From assembly GCA_963703345.1 (NCBI GenBank), contig OY969814.1, positions 32,001-96,000 of the forward strand: DNA of 64,000 bases, in the 5' to 3' direction. The translations under genes were made by a program, and so were the position numbers. Within the stretch, counting starts at the first letter, position 1. Every line of letters begins with the position of its first letter. The notes beneath the pieces are model-generated. The model was not told the DNA's origin. It worked only from the letters and a program-made list of their open reading frames with translations, and did not search any database. The stretch comes from an uncultured Chloroflexia bacterium (GTDB lineage Bacteria; Chloroflexota; Dehalococcoidia; DSTF01; JALHUB01). Below are positions 60,425 to 64,000 of the stretch, piece after piece.

Positions 60425-61417
60425 CTACTCCTTGTAGACGTTCTCGTATAGTGTCAACGGATCGGGCGGCGGACTCTCTTCGGCGAATTGCGCCGCCTCA
60501 TTGACCACGGCCTCGATCTCATCCTGCAGGCGCTTGATGGCCGCGTCGTCGATCAGGCCCCATTCGCGCAGCCGCTGCTCGAACAGGACGATGGGGTCGC
60601 GGGCGTGCCACTGCTGCACCTCCTCCTTCGTCCGGTAGAACTCGGGGTCGGCCATGGAGTGACCGCGGAATCGGTAGGTAACGGACTCCACGAAGTAGGG
60701 GCCCTTTCCTTCACGCGCGTGCTGGGCGGCCTTCCTAACCACGTCGCGGACGGCGAGCACGTCCATGCCGTCGACTTTCTCGGCCGGGATATTGTAGGCG
60801 CAGGCGCGGCGATAGACTTCGCTTTCGGCGGATACGCGGCTAATTTGGGTGCCCATGCCATAGAAGTTGTTCTCGCAGAAGAACACCACAGGCAGTGACC
60901 AGACAGCGGCCAGGTTGAGCGACTCATGAAACTCGCCCTGGTTCACGGCGCCGTCGCCGAAGACGCAGAGGGCGATGCGGCTGGTCTTCAGGTGCTTGGC
61001 GGCGAAGGCGAGGCCGCAGGCGACCGGCAGGTGGCCGCCGACGATGGCGTAGCCGCCCATGAAGTGACGGGATACGTCGAAGAGGTGCATGGAGCCGCCG
61101 CGACCCTTGCTGACGCCGGTTATGCGTCCGAAGAGCTCCGCCATCACGGCTTTGGGATCGAGGCCGCGGGCGAGGGCCTGGCCGTGGTCGCGGTAGTGGC
61201 TGACCACGTAGTCGTCAGAAGCGACGGCGGCGATGGCGCCGACACCGGTCGCCTCCTGGCCGATGTAGAGATGCAGAAAGCCGGCGATACGGCCGCGGGC
61301 GTACATCTCCGCCGATTTCTCCTCGAAGCGACGGATGAGCATCATCTGGCGGAGCAGCTCGACGAGCTGTTCCGGCGAGCCGGCCTGCTCTCGCGTTAGC
61401 GCTTTCGCTGTTGTCAT
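60425..61417 (-). CDS. pdhA: Pyruvate dehydrogenase E1 alpha
   Basis: GFLHLYIGQEA, GRGGSMH, GDGAVNQG...ENN, YRFRGHSMADP. Confidence 0.94.
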   Translation of the reverse strand: MTTAKALTREQAGSPEQLVELLRQMMLIRRFEEKSAEMYARGRIAGFLHLYIGQEATGVGAIAAVASDDYVVSHYRDHGQALARGLDPKAVMAELFGRITGVSKGRGGSMHLFDVSRHFMGGYAIVGGHLPVACGLAFAAKHLKTSRIALCVFGDGAVNQGEFHESLNLAAVWSLPVVFFCENNFYGMGTQISRVSAESEVYRRACAYNIPAEKVDGMDVLAVRDVVRKAAQHAREGKGPYFVESVTYRFRGHSMADPEFYRTKEEVQQWHARDPIVLFEQRLREWGLIDDAAIKRLQDEIEAVVNEAAQFAEESPPPDPLTLYENVYKE

Positions 61418-62826
61418 GTCGTTTCCCCCCTCGAGGGTTCCGACCAGAAGTGGATGGCCTTGCCCCCGGCCGCAAGCGCGGCCTCTTTCACCGCCTCGGA
61501 AAAGGTTGGATGCGCGTGCACCGTCCGCGTCACATCGTCGAGAGTACTCTCCATGGCCAGCGCGAGCGCCGCTTCGGCGATGAGGTCGGTCGCGTCAGCG
61601 CCGATGATGTGGACGCCGAGCAGCTCGCCGTAGTCGGCCTCGGCCACCACCTTGACGAAGCCTTCAACGTCAGCAGCGGCCGTCGCCTTGCCGTTGGCGC
61701 GAAACGGGAAGCGGCCCGTCTTCACCTGATAGCCGCGTTCGCGCGCCTGGGCTTCCGTCAGGCCGCAGGCCGCGACCTGCGGCCGGCAGTAGGTGCAGCG
61801 CGGCATCTTGACGTAGTCGGGCTTCGCGGGCTCCAGGCCGGCGATGCCCTCGACGGCGATGACGCCCTGGTCGGAGGCGACGTGGGCCAGCATGAGCTTA
61901 CCGGTGACGTCGCCGATAGCGTAGACGCCGGGAACGTTCGTCTTCATGCGGTCGTCGACCTGGATGAAGCCGCGCTCGGTCGCCACGCCCAGCGCTTCGG
62001 TTCCAATACCTTCGCTCTTGCCGCCGAAGCCGATGGCGATGAGCGCTTTGTCGGCGGTCACTTCCTTCTCGCCGCCGTCGACGGTCACGGAGAGACGCGC
62101 CCGTCCACTTTCTACGCGCAGCTCTTTCACTGTCGCGCGCGTCATGAAATCGATGCGCTGCTGCTTGAAGGACCGCTCGAGCTGGCGGGAGACGTCCTCA
62201 TCTTCCAGCGGCAGCAGGTGGTCGAGCAGCTCGACGATAGTGACGTGGGCGCCGTAACTGGCGTAGAGATAGGCGAACTCGACGCCGATGGGCCCGCCGC
62301 CGACAATGGCGATGCTCTCCGGCACCTGCCGCAGTTCCAGCGCTTCGCGGCTCGTCATCATCGTCGAACCGTCGATTGCCACGCCTGGAAGCGTCCGCGC
62401 GAAGCCGCCGCTGGCGATGATGACGTTTTTCGCCTGCACGAGGTCGCCGGACGGCTCGACGGCAACTTCGCTTGCGCTCTTGAGAGAGCCCGCGCCCTTG
62501 ATGACGTCCACCTTGTTCTTCTGGAGCAGGAACTCAACGCCGCTGACCATGCGGTCGACGACCTGGCGGCTGCGGTCGACAGCGGCGGCGAAGTCGAAGC
62601 GCGGGTTATCGCAGGCGATGCCGAACTCCTGCGAGCGCTGGATGAGGCTGACGAGCTCGGCGTTAGTGAGGAGCGCTTTGGAGGGAATGCAGCCCCAGTT
62701 GAGGCAGACACCGCCGACCCGGTCTTTTTCGATTAGGGCGGTCTTGAGGCCTAGCTGGGCGGCGCGAATCGCAGCGACATAGCCGCCGGGCCCGCCGCCG
62801 ATGATCGCTACGTCGTACTCCGCCAT
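61414..62826 (-). CDS. lpdA: Dihydrolipoyl dehydrogenase (E3)
   Basis: GGGPGGY, GGVCLNWGCIPSK, GGGPIG, HAHPTFSE. Confidence 0.95.
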   Translation of the reverse strand: MAEYDVAIIGGGPGGYVAAIRAAQLGLKTALIEKDRVGGVCLNWGCIPSKALLTNAELVSLIQRSQEFGIACDNPRFDFAAAVDRSRQVVDRMVSGVEFLLQKNKVDVIKGAGSLKSASEVAVEPSGDLVQAKNVIIASGGFARTLPGVAIDGSTMMTSREALELRQVPESIAIVGGGPIGVEFAYLYASYGAHVTIVELLDHLLPLEDEDVSRQLERSFKQQRIDFMTRATVKELRVESGRARLSVTVDGGEKEVTADKALIAIGFGGKSEGIGTEALGVATERGFIQVDDRMKTNVPGVYAIGDVTGKLMLAHVASDQGVIAVEGIAGLEPAKPDYVKMPRCTYCRPQVAACGLTEAQARERGYQVKTGRFPFRANGKATAAADVEGFVKVVAEADYGELLGVHIIGADATDLIAEAALALAMESTLDDVTRTVHAHPTFSEAVKEAALAAGGKAIHFWSEPSRGETT

Positions 62827-63103
62827 GAAGGTCCTCCCCGGGGTGCTTGACCAGGGACACTGAGAGTCGAGGGAAAAACACTCGGCTCCGCTGCTCTGCA
62901 ATTGCAGGCCTCATTTCCATTGAACCATCGGCCGATCGGGTTGTCAACGCGAAATATCGTGTCGTGAGCGACGGTGCTGCTAGTGGCGCTGCCGCTTCTG
63001 CAAAGCAACGTCCACTTTCCCACCCGCCCGCCCGCGCCTTCCTGGAATCGGAAGATTCCCCGATCCGTCCGACAAGCAAGAGAGGGGCCTCGTTCCGACG
63101 GCT

Positions 63104-63430
63104 TCAGGGCTTGATCATGATGAGCAACATCTTGAAGCGGGACGGCGCTTTGAGGGCATGCGGCTCGTTGGCCGGCATCACAATCATGTCGCCCGCATGC
63201 AGTCGTGAGGGGTTGCCGGAGATCGCGACCTCCGCCTCGCCGTCGAGGACGTAGACGAGGGCGTCGAAGGGCGAGGTGTGCTCCGTCAGCCCTTCGCCCG
63301 CGTCGAAGGCGAAGAGGGTCACGTTACCGCCGCCGGCCTTCATTAGCTGGCGGCTCACAACCGAGCCCTCCTGGTAGTCGATGAGATCCGTCATTCGACT
63401 GACATCCGGGCCGCGGTCCTGTTCTGTCAC
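63104..63430 (-). CDS. Cupin domain protein
   Basis: LFAFDAGEGLTEHTSPFDA...MPANEPHAL. Confidence 0.85.
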   Translation of the reverse strand: MTEQDRGPDVSRMTDLIDYQEGSVVSRQLMKAGGGNVTLFAFDAGEGLTEHTSPFDALVYVLDGEAEVAISGNPSRLHAGDMIVMPANEPHALKAPSRFKMLLIMIKP

Positions 63431-63446
63431 GTCTCGCTCCTTCCGC

Positions 63447-64000
<554 letters not shown>

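Overview
High-GC bacterial chromosome segment, most consistent with Chloroflexota/Dehalococcoidia (inferred from the short 167-aa EF-Ts, nusA-ylxR-infB-rbfA-truB without rimP, and the gene repertoire). Core content: suhB; nadA-VOC-nadB-nadC behind an NrtR-type operator; rpsB-tsf-pyrH-frr-uppS-cdsA-dxr-rseP-ispG; proS; the nusA/infB operon; argS; ino1 with two tandem lipid acyltransferases; glpK; pyk; transporters; oppABC; acs; and a lpdA-pdhA-pdhB-pdhC cluster. Most notable observations: (1) a 945-aa protein joining a signal peptide, a NagZ-like GH3 module lacking the D-x-H acid/base motif, one TM helix and a C-terminal OmpR-type winged-helix domain. This is a candidate transmembrane glycan-sensing one-component regulator, and it is followed by a GH31 N-terminal-only gene and a degenerate GGDEF protein with an intact I-site. 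(2) infB, uppS and glpK have no ATG/GTG/TTG ahead of their conserved N-terminal motifs and appear to start at ATC/ACG behind good Shine-Dalgarno sites. (3) Solo accessory genes inserted among core genes: a Zn-ribbon+HEPN protein and an AAA+/STAND-like ATPase. (4) Small repeats: a 110-bp TA-flanked MITE-like element, REP-like hairpins, and a tRNA-Lys 3' remnant. All calls come from reading motifs by eye; no database searches were run.
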